Source of the DNA: Owenia fusiformis
Taxonomy: Eukaryota
DNA: 64,000 bases
Reading direction: 5' to 3'
NCBI GenBank assembly: GCA_903813345.2
Contig: CAIIXF020000001.1
Location: 34,410,001-34,474,000 of the forward strand
In this document: piece by piece, positions 21,969 through 35,699 of the stretch
Numbering within the stretch: position 1 is the first letter of the stretch
Layout: each line of letters starts with the position of its first letter
Position numbers and translations under genes: made by a program
Notes under the pieces: generated by a model
What the model was told of the DNA's origin: nothing
Databases searched by the model: none
The model's input: the letters and a program-made list of their open reading frames with translations, nothing else

Positions 21969-24260
21969 CTGAAAATAGAATGTAAGACAATATTAAAGTA
22001 GGCTAATACTGAATTTCATGCATTAAATTCAATGCATGTGGTTTTCTGATCTGAAAATAGAATGTAAGACAATATTAAACTAGGCTAATACTGAATTTCA
22101 TGCATTAAAGGTATATTCCTCTCTCCTAATATGGTAACTATAACGATATCAATACTTTCAAACATGGAAAATGTTTTGATATGGTCAATTATTGATCACT
22201 TAAAAATGTTTGCTAAATTCCAGTAGGCTGTCATCTTTTAAGATTTCATTCAAGAAGTGATGTCATCGACTCTTCATTTACTTTGCATAGGGATTACTCC
22301 ACAGATGGCACAAGTGAAAAGGTATAGGGTTACTCCACAGAGGGCGCTAGTGAAAAGGCAGAAGACAAAAATTCTAATTTAAAATTGGGATGATGGTTGA
22401 TTGAAATCAAGATTTATCAGTGCAATCACCATTGAAAATGTACAGATTTTATATTTTATTTTGCTTATCTTGAGTGTATATAATTTTACAAAAAGTATGA
22501 TGAAATGATTTAGTTCACTTCAAATATTTGACTTTTTGTGATGGTGGTCTCAAGTTTGAAATCTATTGAAAATTGTTTAAAGTTCGGATAGATGGCGGAA
22601 AATGCGGTCATATCTTTTCTCAATGGGTATTTTTTTATTTGAAAGGGGACATATGGAGATATCCTGTGGTAACTAGGGTTTTGTACCGAAAATCCTCGTT
22701 TTTTCATCATCAATCCAAAGATTTCAATGTTTTCCCATTGGATAGCATTAAAGCATTTGTCTGTGGAATTGTCCCATATTATATAACTGTATAGCTTAAG
22801 ATAATAGACTGTGACCCATTCTGTAGAAGTGCTCTAGAAATGCATCCTTCCTGTCATGGAAGGCAACATTCCAACATATTTCAAACAATCTGTATGATTA
22901 TGATGGACACTTTCTGGGTAGTTGGACTTTATATAGGGGTGACAGAGGCCCTCAGGACAATTTATACCCCTACCCTAAGAAAACCTTGGGGGTACTTTAT
23001 TACCACCCAATAAAAAGAATACTAATGCATATCAGATATTCATTGTTTTGTATTGGGTAGGGCATGCCATGGTTAGTCAGTGCCAGAAATTTCTAATCTC
23101 TAACTTATATACCATAAAAACAGTATTTATATCTCTAAATCTTCTCAATTTGACCCCCTCCCAAATGTGTCCTTTGGTTGTCAAAGTGAAATATTTGCAA
23201 ATCTGTTTGGATTTTGTGGCTGCTACATGTACTTTGTCAAAAGTTGTATTAATATGAAATAATATTCATATTAAAGCACTAAAAGTTGATACGATGATCC
23301 CATGAAACAATAATATTATCAAACATAGTCACACACAACTTCTTTTAGGGAAAAGTGGGTGTGGCACTTTTTGGTACTTGTGTACAACAACAATTGATAT
23401 CATCTACTATCATTGTGTAACATCGTAATATGTTCATTATGATTATTAGACACTTTAAATATCTTATATATCTTAATATATTATGTAAGTGTTTCCCTAT
23501 CATAGGTCATCAATGGTCAAATGAACTTTTAGTCTTAAGCCTTAGATGTCCTTAGTATTTTTAGTTTGTCAAAGTCTTACTCATTCATTGACTTGTTCCT
23601 AGAGGATCACCTCATTATAAAACCATTATACCGATGTGTGTTGTACCGAAAACCATTGCTGTTGTGTATACCGACAGTCCATGATTTTATGATGTAAAAG
23701 GCTTGAACTGGAAGATGTATGGAGGGTAGAAGAGTATGATAAAAATTATTGAAAATCATGCACATTTAATCAGGAAGACAAGGCAAGTAAATAGCAACAG
23801 AATACTAATTTAGTATAAGCTTCATCAAGGAAGGGAAACTCAAAACTGAAAACGCCCTAAAATCATAGCCTAAGTCAAAAACCTCGTGTACAAGTTGTAA
23901 GTCTTCAAAAATATGTCACTTATTTATTATTTAAGTTTAGTTTCAATCAAAATAGATTTAAGAATACAATGCATTTCATATCATAAACAAGAACACAAAT
24001 GTGTACAACATGTCCCCACCAATGGGTGATCCTATATACTGCAAATTTTTCATCGTTAGTGCCTTACACTAATCAGTTGAAAGCACAAGATTTTAAGAGA
24101 AAAATCTAATTTAGCAGGACTACCTAAAAACTAAGTAGTTTGAGATTTTCATACAAAGAATCATTCCTGGAAAGGGCCTATGCAGTATGGCAAGTGATTT
24201 TGGAAAGCTGTATTTTTGGTCAAGTGTATATTTCGACCATACATAGAACATTATATATAA

Positions 24261-25161
24261 AAACAAGAACACAAATGTGTACACAATGTCCCCACCAATG
24301 GGTGATCCCGTCAAATAGTTATCCTGAAAATGAGTAGACAAGACTTTACCAACACAATTTGAGGATGGAAAATCCAAAATGGCCACCTTAAAATTTACCC
24401 AGAATGCCAAAAATTTAGTCAGTTCTAGATTTTCAAACTAAGAACCACCCCTAAAATTTTTTAATTGATCTGTCACACAGTTAACCAGAAAACATGTAAA
24501 CAAGATTTTATAGAGAAGATTTTAGGATGGAAAATCCAAAATGGCTGCCTTGACATTGACGCAGAATTCCAAAAAACTAATCAGATGTAGATTTTCATAT
24601 TAAGAATCATCCCTGAAAATTTGAAATTGATCTAACAAACGGTTCACCTAAAGCCGCGTAGACAAGACTTTACAGACAAGATTTAAGACAGAAAATCCAA
24701 AATGGCTGCCTTGACATTTATCCAAAATGCCAAAAAACTAATCAGATCTAGATTTTCATACTAAGAATCATCCCTGAAAATTTGAAATTGATCTACAGAA
24801 CGGTTCACCTGGAAATGCGTAGACAAGACTTTACAGACAAGATTTTAGGACGGAAAATCCAAAATGGCTGCCTTGACATTTACCCAGAATGCCAAAAAAC
24901 TGATTAGTTCTACATTTTCATACTAAGAAACATCCCTGAAAATTTGAAATTGATATACCAAACCGTTCACCTGAAAACGCGTAGACTAGACAAGCCTTTA
25001 CAGACAAGATTTTAGGATGGAAAATCCAAAATGGCTGCCTTGACATTTACCCAGAATGCCAAAAAACTAATCAGATCTAGATTTTTATACTAAGAAACAT
25101 CCCTGAAAATTTGAAATTGATCCACCAAACGGTTCACCTGAAAACACGTAGACAAGACTTT
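24261..25161 (+). mobile_element. HINE-like family C, about 162-bp tandem units (5' part)
   Basis: Starts AACAAGAACACAAATGTGTAC...ATGTCCCCACC; AAAATCCAAAATGGC recurs about every 162 bp. A short 5' fragment lies at about 23985. Confidence 0.8.
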
Positions 25162-25189
25162 CGGGCTGCGGTGAATACACCTTCAGAAA

Positions 25190-25779
25190 TATATACAGAA
25201 TATCGCATCATTTTGAGTGATATCATTTTTATCGCCGAGTTGATATCAAATATCAACACGAGTGAGCGAAGCGAATGAGTGTTGATATTTGATATCTATG
25301 AGGCGATAAAATGATATCACGAGAAATTATGTGATATTGGGTTTATCCCATGATTACAATTCGCCAATTCTTCGAATTTGCACCGGCCATTTTGATTTGT
25401 ACTTTACTCACTGCGCAGTAATATGCACTACTTTCTGTATATGATATAGTTCGTCATGAATACCATTTTTAATCGTTATTAAGCAGCCTTCTAATCAAAT
25501 TATATACACACTCGTAATTCAATACACCAATGAAACCTAAAGAGAATAAATTAACGGACCTATTTTCTCAAAAGAGAATAAATTATCTGACCTAATTTCG
25601 AACAATATTGTGGCGCCAAATGCAAATGTGATATCACACGGATATGCGTGAGATAAACGATATCACACGCATATGAGTTTGATAAACGATTTTCTGGAAA
25701 ATATCACACGGATTTCAATAATATCAGAAATATCAATAGCTGTTATTGTACAGATAACACATTAATCGTGGGATAAATA
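25190..25779. mobile_element. Non-coding element with a long internal hairpin (GAGCGAAGCGA loop; possibly Crypton-like)
   Basis: 104-nt hairpin at 25217-25320; TTTATCCCAYGATTA at 25342 inverted at 25763-25777; repeated ATATCACACG. Left boundary approximate. Confidence 0.45.
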
Positions 25780-26589
25780 CAGATATTCAACACCACAGAA
25801 TTCAATATTTGTATAATATTAATTCGTCACTGCCTTAAGCTAGGCAAAAATAAAATGTCAAGGTGCCCCTATGTCAAAAAATGGAAAGAAGGCGCCACTA
25901 TAATAGCTAATTAAAACTTCGCTGACCATTTTCTAGACAAGCACCTCATATATTCTTGGACCCTGGGGTATGTGCTAAAAGTTGAGAAAGTCAAATTCCA
26001 TGACTTTTACATTTTCAGTAGAACCCCTCAGCAACAGGATTAAAGTATGAAAAGTATTTATATGATTATAGCTATCATATCAGGATAGAAATGTTTGGCC
26101 AGGAATGTCCATCCCTTTGAACAAATAAAGCACACCACTTTGTGGGATGGTCACTATCAGACTATGAACTAATATAGGAGGGAGAAGTTGTCTTATGCAC
26201 AGTCAGTATGCAGTAATGATTTGGGGTAAGCCTAAATCATGATCTTTACCTTCTTCTCTCTAAGTTCAATAATGTGAAAACTTTCCATTTGTAATTTTGT
26301 CAGTTTTGCCATATAAAACAGATGAATATGATCCTAGACCTGTTCCAATATCACAGGTAGTAATCTAACAGCACTCTCTTGTAAATTCCTCACAATCCTG
26401 GTAAAAGTAGTACTCTCGGAGTAAAAATCACATACAGGTAGGTCATAAAACTGCACCTAAATCGCAATTTACTGTAGTTAACCTATCTGTTTATGGTCTA
26501 GGTCAGCTTATCTCAAGTTTCTTCATAAACTGGCACACAGTTGAGATGACAATTTGTGTGAAGTCTCACAAACAAGAAATGTAAGTATT

Positions 26590-27605
26590 CTACAAGAACA
26601 CAAATGTGTACAAAATGTCCCCACCTATGGGTGATCCCGTCAAATGGTTATCCTAAAAATGAGTAGACAAGACTTTACCGACACAATTTGAGGACGGAAA
26701 ATCCAAAATGGCCACCATAAAATTTACCCAGAATGCCAAAAATAAGTCAGTTCTAGATTTTCATACTAAGAACCACCCCTGAAAATTTGAAATTGATCCA
26801 TCACACAGTTAACCAGAAAACATGTAAACAAAACTTTATAGACAAGATTTGAGGACAGAAAATCCAAAATGGCTCCCTTGACATTTATCCAGAATGCCAA
26901 AAAACTAATCTGTTCTAGATTTTCATACTCAGAATCATCCCTGGAAATTTGAAATTGATCTACCAAATGGTTCACCTGGAAATGCGTAGACAAGACTTTA
27001 CAGACAAGATTTTAGGACGGAAAATCCAAAATGGCTGCCTTGACATTTACCCAGAATGCCCAAAAACTAATCAGATCTAGATTTTCAAACTAAGAATCAT
27101 CCCTGAAAATTTGAAATTGATCTACCAAACGGTTCACCTGAAAACGCGTAGACAAGACTTTACTGACAAGATTTTAGGACGGAAAAATCCAAAATGGCCG
27201 ACAATAAAAAAGTGATTATGAGTTTTTGCTGATTTCTTTTTACAAAATTATCACATATAACTACTGTTAACAATAACATAGGCTTTTACAACAAAGTACA
27301 CCTGAAATTATTTATAAAGCTACTATTTAGTTAAAGTATGAAAACTGAAAAACACCATTCAATATGATACAAAGTATTATCGTGCGCTAACTTTTCTTCA
27401 AACATTCAAAATGGCTGACATGACTGAGCTAACAGGTCCAAAACCTGATCAGATCTAGAATGAAGTGAGCTGAACAAGATTTTAAAGTTTTAGAAGCAAC
27501 TGTGAAGCCGTTTTTCTTAAAGTTTGCAGACAAGGATTTTAGCATTTGACTTCAAAATGGCCGACAGGAAGTAGCTATTGAACTAATTTTTTTTCATCCA
27601 CATCT
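26590..27605 (+). mobile_element. HINE-like family C element, 3' truncated
   Basis: Same start and about 162-bp units as the 24261 copy; distal part matches 1-190. Confidence 0.8.
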
Positions 27606-27696
27606 CCACATCTCCCACATTTCCCAGAATTTTTACCAGAATATTCGGATTTAGCATGAGAGTGCTATTTGATTACTACCTATGAATATTGTTAAA

Positions 27697-29766
27697 CAAC
27701 CCAGCCTATCATCAGGTTTTTGAGGCGTAGACCAAAAGTTAACCTTAAATGCGCCTTACTTTCAGGTCTAGACTAAAAGTATGCCTCTTTTACAGGTATT
27801 TTTAAGGCTTAGACCAAAACCTAGCCTCATTTGCTCACAATAATTCCAGTTATAGACCTTATTTTCAGGCGTATAGACCAAAACTGCGCCTTAAAAAACA
27901 AATCTAAACCACATTTACTTAGAAGATTTTAGAATAGACCTCAATGTAAGGCGTATAGACCAAAAGTGCGCCTGAAAAACTTGAACAATTTTCAAAATGA
28001 CCAAATATAGACCTGATAAACTAAGAACATTTTAGAATAGACCTCACTGACAGGCGTATAGACCAAAACTGTGCCTTAAAAACTTAAACATTTATAAAAT
28101 GACCAAATCTAGACCTGATAAACATAGAATTTTTTTAAAAACTTAGAAAACATAAATCTGAAAAAGCCACACTTACTGTAGTATTTTGTCAGAATCACAA
28201 AGGAGACAGATTATAATATATTAGGTTAACAGACCAGTAAACTGTATTTTCAACTCCCTATTAATGGTTTTTATCAGAACTTAAAAAAATAATCAAAATC
28301 TGGGAAACCTAAAGAAGGATGTCTGAAAATAATAAAATATTGAAATATTGTTAAATTTAAATGATGAAACAAAAATACATCATATTAGAAGCCTACATAT
28401 AATTTATATAAGAATACTGTGTAATTTTTGCTTCATCTTTCTAATGTGTTCATAGATCTGTATCTTATCCATGAGACAAGATAATCCTAGAAAACAACAT
28501 AGCAATTCAAAATAAATGCAATTTATTTAACAACTATGGAGGGTACTGATATGTACTAAGTACTTATCTACTTTGAAACATCAAAACATGACCTGACCTT
28601 ACTTACAGGTATATGAGGCTTGTACCTGAAATGAGGTCTAGGCCAAAATTAGACCTTAAGGCTTAATTTCCATAATTGAAATGTGCCTTAACGTAAGGTG
28701 TACACCAAAAGCAGAAGAGAAGTAGACCTGAAAACCAATAGTGAACCTCAAATAAGGCGTAGACCAAAAGTATACCTCAAATATATACCTGATTTACAGA
28801 TAGTTGAAGCTTAAATGAGGTCTAGACCTCAAATATAGACCTGATAAACCTGATGAGGTCATTAAATTAGGTCTACTTCTGGTCTACTTTTGGCTTAATT
28901 TAAATATTTGAAACGCGCCTGACTATGGGGATTTAACACAGAGAAAAACCAAAAGTAGACCAGAAGTACGCCTCATGAGTAGACCAAAAGTAGACCTCAA
29001 ATATTGACCAATATTGCGCCTGACGATAGGCTGGGAATGCTTTCAGTAGGTTTGTCCGAGAGAGTGTCCTGGGATGGATTGATTTTCAAAAAGTGAGTCC
29101 CCCCTCAAAAAACTGTATCCCGGGAAACCGTTCAAAGTCACATTTTTGCACTGAACGAAACAATTGATGAAAAGTTTCTTATCAGTTTTGTTATTTATCG
29201 GCCTAAATCAGCGTTCTACAAAAGTCTAGTAGGTCACTAAATGATACAGATACCTTCACTTGAAAGAGAACTAATATTCAACCATTAAATATGCATTTTC
29301 TTTTCGTATTTTGAAGCAATTTGCACTAGGGGCAAAATCCGCGAGGTTCCATTTATTAGTTCCGTTTTATGCACACGTGCAACAAATCCAGCAATTTTAT
29401 TAGTCAAAATTTTTAAGATACATGCGCAATTAATAATCGTGGCCAATCATAGGACTCGTACAGATAACTGTAGCAACTAGTGATTGTCCTATCACAGGCC
29501 TTGTACTATTTCAATCGAAAATCAACTTCCGGAAAAGAAACTTCAAAAAAATATTGTATTTCCTTTAGAAATAGAATATCCTTCGATTATTTAGCGGCTT
29601 TTGACCAATTTAAAGGCTGAAGGTAGGTTCTTTTTCCAAGTCTATCAATTTTGTTAATGAAAACACAGGACTTTGTGTCCAGGGGACAGATCATTAAATT
29701 TTTTTGGAGTCCCTTCATCAAAATCCGGGTCCTCTTAATGTTAAGAATGCACTACTGAAAGCCCTG
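27697..29766. mobile_element. CA...TG MITE with 5-bp TSD, its left TIR split by the EnSpm-like copy
   Basis: Removing 27700-29037 gives CAATGCTTTCAGTAG against right end CTACTGAAAGCCCTG; TTAAA flanks both sides. Confidence 0.6.
27700..29035 (+). mobile_element. Non-autonomous EnSpm/CMC-like element, copy 1
   Basis: CCCAGCCTATCATCAGG / CCTGACGATAGGCTGGG ends, 2-bp TSD AA, dense TAGACC subterminal repeats. Confidence 0.85.
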
Positions 29767-30055
29767 TTAAAAAATATCAGGGTCGTAATGACACAAGAAC
29801 AAAAAATGCACCTGTACTGATAGTTAAATCATCAAACATCTAATAAAAACAGACTTGCTATACAGTATTTTGAAATTCGCCATTTTGACCCATCAGATTT
29901 TGAACCACATCCACTTTTTTGCCAGTCTAGATTACATTATTAAACTTGGGGAGATGAAAGTATGGATCATGATTTGGGGCACTGCATACTGACTGTGGTC
30001 ATTATATACTCATTATTTCTAACACATGGTACCTGACAATACATAAGTACAAGTA

Positions 30056-30930
30056 CAGGGTTGTAAAAAAATGGCAACCCTAATTTTTCCACATATCTTT
30101 GTCATCTTAGACATTTCGCCCTGATATTTGGCACACATGTACATAATTCAATTTCGTACTAGACTATATGTTATTTCATGAACATTGGACTGATAGTCCC
30201 AATGTTACAGCACTTTAAACAAGGTGCCCCAGTTGGCCAACATTGTGCTGTAAGCAAACCTGTCAATGACAAACTGCATTCCTCAGCAAGTATGACCTGA
30301 ATGACACATGTGATCTTAATTTTGAGGTCAAATATTGTTCTGGTGTTATTACCCTACATGCTATCTTTGGGATATCCCCACTGGTAAAGATTAAATGGGG
30401 GCATATCTTGGCTATGGGGTGCCCATTATTTGGTCATTGAAGTGGTCCCAATGCCATTATAGTGCACCATTGGGTGTATCGGGTATGGTTCTGTCTTGTT
30501 GGAATCACTGCTGCTACCTATCAACCCCCTGAGTTTACCTAAAGTCCCCAAGAACTTCATGGGAATCACAAAATAGAGTTTGATGTTTAAAGTTATTGCA
30601 CATCCGTAAGCATCATCAAAGGTAAAGGACCCTATCTTCTGAGAACACACTACTTCATCAAGTGCTTGGCTCCCCAAGAATACATAATTGTTAGAGTTTA
30701 CCAGTGCATCAAGTTGGAATAACAGACCAGTTCAGACAGCCCAAAATTAGCCATATGGGGCATGTTGCTTAAAATGCAGTTATATTGTGACTATCAGTCC
30801 GATGGTCATAAAATATGGTAGGTTGGTAGGAAATTGAATGATGTACAAATGTGTAAAATATCAGGGAGTTATTTCTTAGAATGACAAAGATATTAGGAAA
30901 AACTAGGGTTGCCGTTTTTTGTACACCCTG
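30056..30930. mobile_element. Tc1/mariner-type MITE
   Basis: TA|CAGGGTTGTAAAAAAATGGCAACCCTA ... TAGGGTTGCCGTTTTTTGTACACCCTG|TA with long degenerate TIRs. Confidence 0.8.
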
Positions 30931-31199
30931 TATTCTAATGAAGTCTCAGTTTTTTATTCTAAGATTATTAATCCTCTAAAATGTGAAACAATCTTCAGGC
31001 TCTTCTGAAAGAAGGCATGCCTCCGAGAATAATTTGGAAACTTAGACCCTCTCTGGTGCATTCTGAGAATATCTCTGAGAGCCATATTTGCATCATTAAA
31101 TACAAATCTCTAAAGAATAGTTTTTCTCTGGAAAGGGGGCGGGGGATTGTCCCCAATACCCCTTCCCCTTTGAACAAGCTTGATCTTTAATAGTAATAC

Positions 31200-33109
31200 C
31201 ACAGGGTACCAACTTATATGGCAACTATACGGGATGTATCGAAACCAATATGTACCGCAAAACCGTTAATTTGAATTTTACCAGGTGTTTGAAGATCAAG
31301 AATTGTGAGTCTCATACTGCACCGTTTTTCTTCAAAGTTGCGCCATTAAAAGCAAAACAAAAATGCCTCTATGTCGGTTTAGGATTTTCTGAGAATTTTC
31401 AGTCTCAGCACCCTAAAAATTATTTGTAAGAGTTATGCTATGGTACAAATCACAGAAATCAGCATTAAAAGATCTATAATTTTGTCAATTCAGATTTTAA
31501 AATTCAGGAATCTCAATATAAAATCAGTGCTAAAATAATTCTGTTTTGTAAAAAATCCAAATCCGCCTTCTTGAATTTTGATGTCACAATGACACTCATT
31601 TACATATTCCCATTTTTCAAAAAAACATGTATATATGGGTCTATTAGCAATTCAAAATGATATATAACTTATTCTAGGTGAAAATATTGAGATGGTATGT
31701 ATATTCAAATTAAATGGTGTGTAGCGAAAATATCAAAACTAGAAAAACAGCAACTCCACAGAGTAGCAAATCCCATCGAACAAAACATATTTTGATTATT
31801 AGTGGCCATCTATTTACCAGTGTAGATCCTTTGTCCCTAAGCATCAGCATATAAAATTTGAACCATATCCGTCAACTAGTATTTGAGTTATCAATGATTA
31901 CAGTTTTCATGAAAAATGGCCACCATTTTGAAATTTAGCTGCCATCTTGAAAATCCTTTCTTGAACAAATCTACTTTTTCCCTAGGCACCATTAAATAAA
32001 ATTTGAACCAAATATGTGCACTGGTATTTGAGTTATCAAAGATTACATTTTTCTTTTACACCATATTTGTGGCCTTAAAATACTAATAATTCGATGTTGA
32101 ATGTCAATCGTAGGCAAAGTTTTTTTTACCGATTTTAACCCTTTCAACGAAAGGCAAGCAAACAAATTGGGCATGACCGTCTCCTCTCGATTTTTAGTTA
32201 ATGAAAACACAGAATGAAATCCTGTGCTAAGGGCTGATGTGAAAAAGTCAGTCCACCCCAGTGGGGATCGAACCCACGACCCCTCGCTTTCCGGGCAAAT
32301 GCTCTACCACTGAGCTACAGCATGTAGCGTACAATTTCGAAATAAAAACTAGAACAACGGCAATGCCAAAGTGTAGCGAATCCCACTGAATAGAAATAGC
32401 TGCCATTTTTATATACGAAATATATAGCAAATATCATAAAATAACACCCATAAGAAAGGCCACAATTTTCAAAATGTTTGATCACTAGCCAAGTTGTCAT
32501 CAGAAGAAGAAATATGCTTTTAAGTAGCCACATATAAAATTTTAAAAAAATCGCCAATGCTGGCCATTTTTCAAAATAGCCAACTACTCCCCAAAGTTTT
32601 ATTATTAGACAATGTGCCATGCTTAAAGTATTCACATATCAAATATGAACAAAATCGCTCCAAAACTTTTTGAGTTATAGTAAAAAATGTAAAAATGACA
32701 GCCATTTTTCAAAATGGCCGCCTACTATGCGAAGTGTCATGAGACAGTGTGCAAGGCTCATGAGTATTCACATACCAAATATGAACAAAATCGCTCCACT
32801 ACACCTGGTAGGTTTAAAATTCAAATAAACAGTTTTGCGAGACATAGTGGTTAACGTCCCCTATAGAGTAAGACTGGCGAAATAACTAGACTTGTAGTTG
32901 AAAGATATGAAAATTTGGGGACCAACTGGGGACCAAAACGCCCCTAGAACGAGGAACTTTGTACACTTAAAAATGCACTGACAGAGAGGCATTTTTGTTT
33001 TACTTTTAAGGGCACAAATTTCAAAAACCTGGTAGCAGTTTAAAATTCAAATTAACAGTTTTGCGGGACAAAGTGGTTTCGATATGTCCCATATAGTTGG
33101 TACCCCGTG
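31200..33109. mobile_element. CAC...GTG TIR element with 5-bp TSD (Transib-like), containing HINE fragments and a tRNA-like unit
   Basis: CACAGGGTACCAACT / AGTTGGTACCCCGTG ends; AATAC duplicated at 31195-31199 and 33110-33114. Confidence 0.7.
32251..32320 (-). pseudogene. tRNA-derived sequence (SINE head or tRNA pseudogene)
   Basis: TAGCTCAGTGGTAGAGCA (A box, D arm) and GTGGGTTCGATCCCCAC (B box, T arm). The acceptor stem does not pair and the anticodon loop CCGGAAA lacks U33. Confidence 0.7.
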
Positions 33110-33133
33110 AATACATGTATTCGGCCTACTCAC

Positions 33134-33249
33134 TCTATGTCAGTTTCATCCAGAAAAAGAGTCCCCAGTTTACATGATCTGTGTGTTTCAAAACATAGTC
33201 CTAAAACAACATCATCCACCAGTTCATCCATGACAGAATTGAGAGTCCT
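33134..33249 (-). CDS. ATXN7L3: ATXN7L3/Sgf11 coding exon (N-terminal helix region)
   Basis: TTTTCAG acceptor, GTGAGT donor; translates RTLNSVMDELVDDVVLGLCFETHRSCKLGTLFLDETDI, resembling the DLVEDSCLGFCFEVHRAVKCG segment of vertebrate ATXN7L3. Ends in phase 2. Confidence 0.9.
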
Positions 33250-35699
33250 CTGAAAAGAAAAAGTATAAATGATAAGATAAGATAGTACTTTATTGTTCCG
33301 TATCTCCTTCCGGAGTATTGGTCATTTAAAATAAAGAAACATGCATACATAGAATAAAGGTACAATATATATGGTTGTTTACAATGAGGAAACATGCATA
33401 CAAAGACACAAAGGGTATAGTAATATTTATGAGCAGTATATATATGAGATAATCATATTGCTTGCTTACTTGGCATCACCTTTCTTTTGGAACCATTTCA
33501 GTAAATCATTTTTATTTCTCAGTATTTTATGAGTGTCAACAGTAAGGTTCATTTTGTTTAGGAATTCACCCCATGGATTCATTAGTTCATTATCGTGGCT
33601 CATAAGTAAATAACTAAATAGCTGTTTGTTATTAAAGATATGCTATACAGATATGTAGGTCAGTATTACATAATCGTGAAATGAATAAGTCTGAATATAT
33701 CATTGGTCAGAAAACACTAAAACCTGCTTGAAACTGTAAAAGTTTATACACTCTATTCCACACTGTATAGAAATAAAATGACTTACACTATAAGTAACTG
33801 TGAGCCAATCATTGCATAGAAAAAACTTTATGCACTGTTTATAAGATTCACTGAGACAAGTGGGTCAATACTTCGTGTACTTTATGTGCTCTCACACAAT
33901 TACCTTCCCTTGCATAAAGTTGCTGTACAGTTATATGTAACTGAATATTGTATATTCATCACAAACAACCTTAGCAAAATGATGGTTCGACGAAACAGAC
34001 GGTTCGCTAAAACCAATAAACCAGGCAATTCAGGCCAATTTGGAAAGAAACAAGATAGCGTGATAGCGAATGAGGATAGTAAGTGAAATATATTTTGCAA
34101 AGGTCAGCTTGTAAACTACTGGGTAACCCTAAATGATGAGAAATATGTACAAAATATGTTTTGCATGATTTATTCATATCCCAATGATTTAACTCCTTCA
34201 CTGCATCTAATAAGGTATATAGATACTAATTACGGGACATTTAGGAATTAAGTGACTAGACCAAAGCAAGCATGTTTGAGATTTTAATGATTTTAAATAA
34301 ATTACCACTTCATTATTTGCTTTTAGACATTCAATCAGTTTTATTTGTCCAACAAACCATATTCACAATTGTTCAATCCAACGAAGATTAGGGGATAAGC
34401 TAAGAGACCCCTCCATTTGTCCGTCCATCCATCCTTCAACTAGACAACAGCAACACCAAAGTGTAGCAAATCCCATCGAACAGCCATGGCTGGCATTTTT
34501 TTTACAAACAAAGTATACAGCAAAAATGGCAGCCATTTTTCAAAATGGCCACCTTCTACCAAAAGTGTCATTAGACAGTGTGCCACGCTTATAGTATTCA
34601 CGCATCAAATATGAACAAAATCGCTCTACTACTTTTCGAGTTATAGTAAAATACGTTAAAAGGACGGCCATTTTTCAAAATGGCTGCCTTCTACCAAAAG
34701 TGTCATTAGACAGTGTGCCATGCTTATAGTATTCATATACCAAATATGAACAAAATCGCTCGACTACTTTTCGAGTTACAGCAAAAATCGTAAAATAACG
34801 AGTAAAGGCCGCCATAGTTCAATTCTTTGAAGCAAATGATTCTAAAAGTACAACATATCTTTGAAAAAATATCATTCTGTTAAGTGAAATTGTAAAAAAT
34901 ATTTTGCAATGTGTGAAATTGAATTAAAGCACATGATTCAATGAATAGTGGATGCTTCAATTCACTTATGTCTTCTAGTCTAGGCTTTGAATTTGGACTA
35001 CCACCCTCGTTCATAGTCTAGAATCAGGACATATGTTAAATTTAATCATCTACAATGCATTGAGTCATTGGCTTAAATCCTATAATATAATATGCCTATC
35101 AATATAATATGTAATTATTTAAGTATCATCTCAATGCTTTAATTTTAATAGAATTATTTTAATATTTTACTAACTGTATAATATGTAGTTTGCATTACTG
35201 TTGATAAATAAATAAATGATTGCACTGTTCAGTAAAGAAATATAGCAATTGTGTTATTTAAACTGACTATACACTATAGAAATGATTTTCATTGAAAAAT
35301 CAAATCAGTACCAAAATTATGGTTACCCTGTAGTAGTGAAAGGCACATTAGAAATGAATATCACCCCCTTCAATCTATTTTTACAGGTTTTTATGATTAT
35401 TTCAGATTTTTCTATAGTTTGCGTAACCAGGACGGTGAATTTTCTTCATTTTTCATCAAACATTTCGTCTTACCAATATTTATTATATCTGTCAATTTTA
35501 TCAAAATCGCGCCGCTACGTTTGAAAATAATTCAAATTATGTAGTTTTTCCCATTGAGCTCCATTATAAAAATGGAATTTTCAAACTTAATATTTTAAAA
35601 TTCTACGTGGTGAAAAGTTGCATATTGAGTAGTTAGTTAATGTTATGGTGTTAAAAATTCAAAACAAAAAGGAATAAAGAAAAAATGCCACAGAGCAGT

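Noticed and set aside
28848..28880. CTGATGA as a hammerhead ribozyme core (also 46698, 52552, 60588)
   Set aside because: No stem II followed by GAAA and no closing helices seen.
32251..32320. Functional tRNA-Ser(GGA)
   Set aside because: The acceptor stem is unpaired, there is no U33 and no long variable arm.
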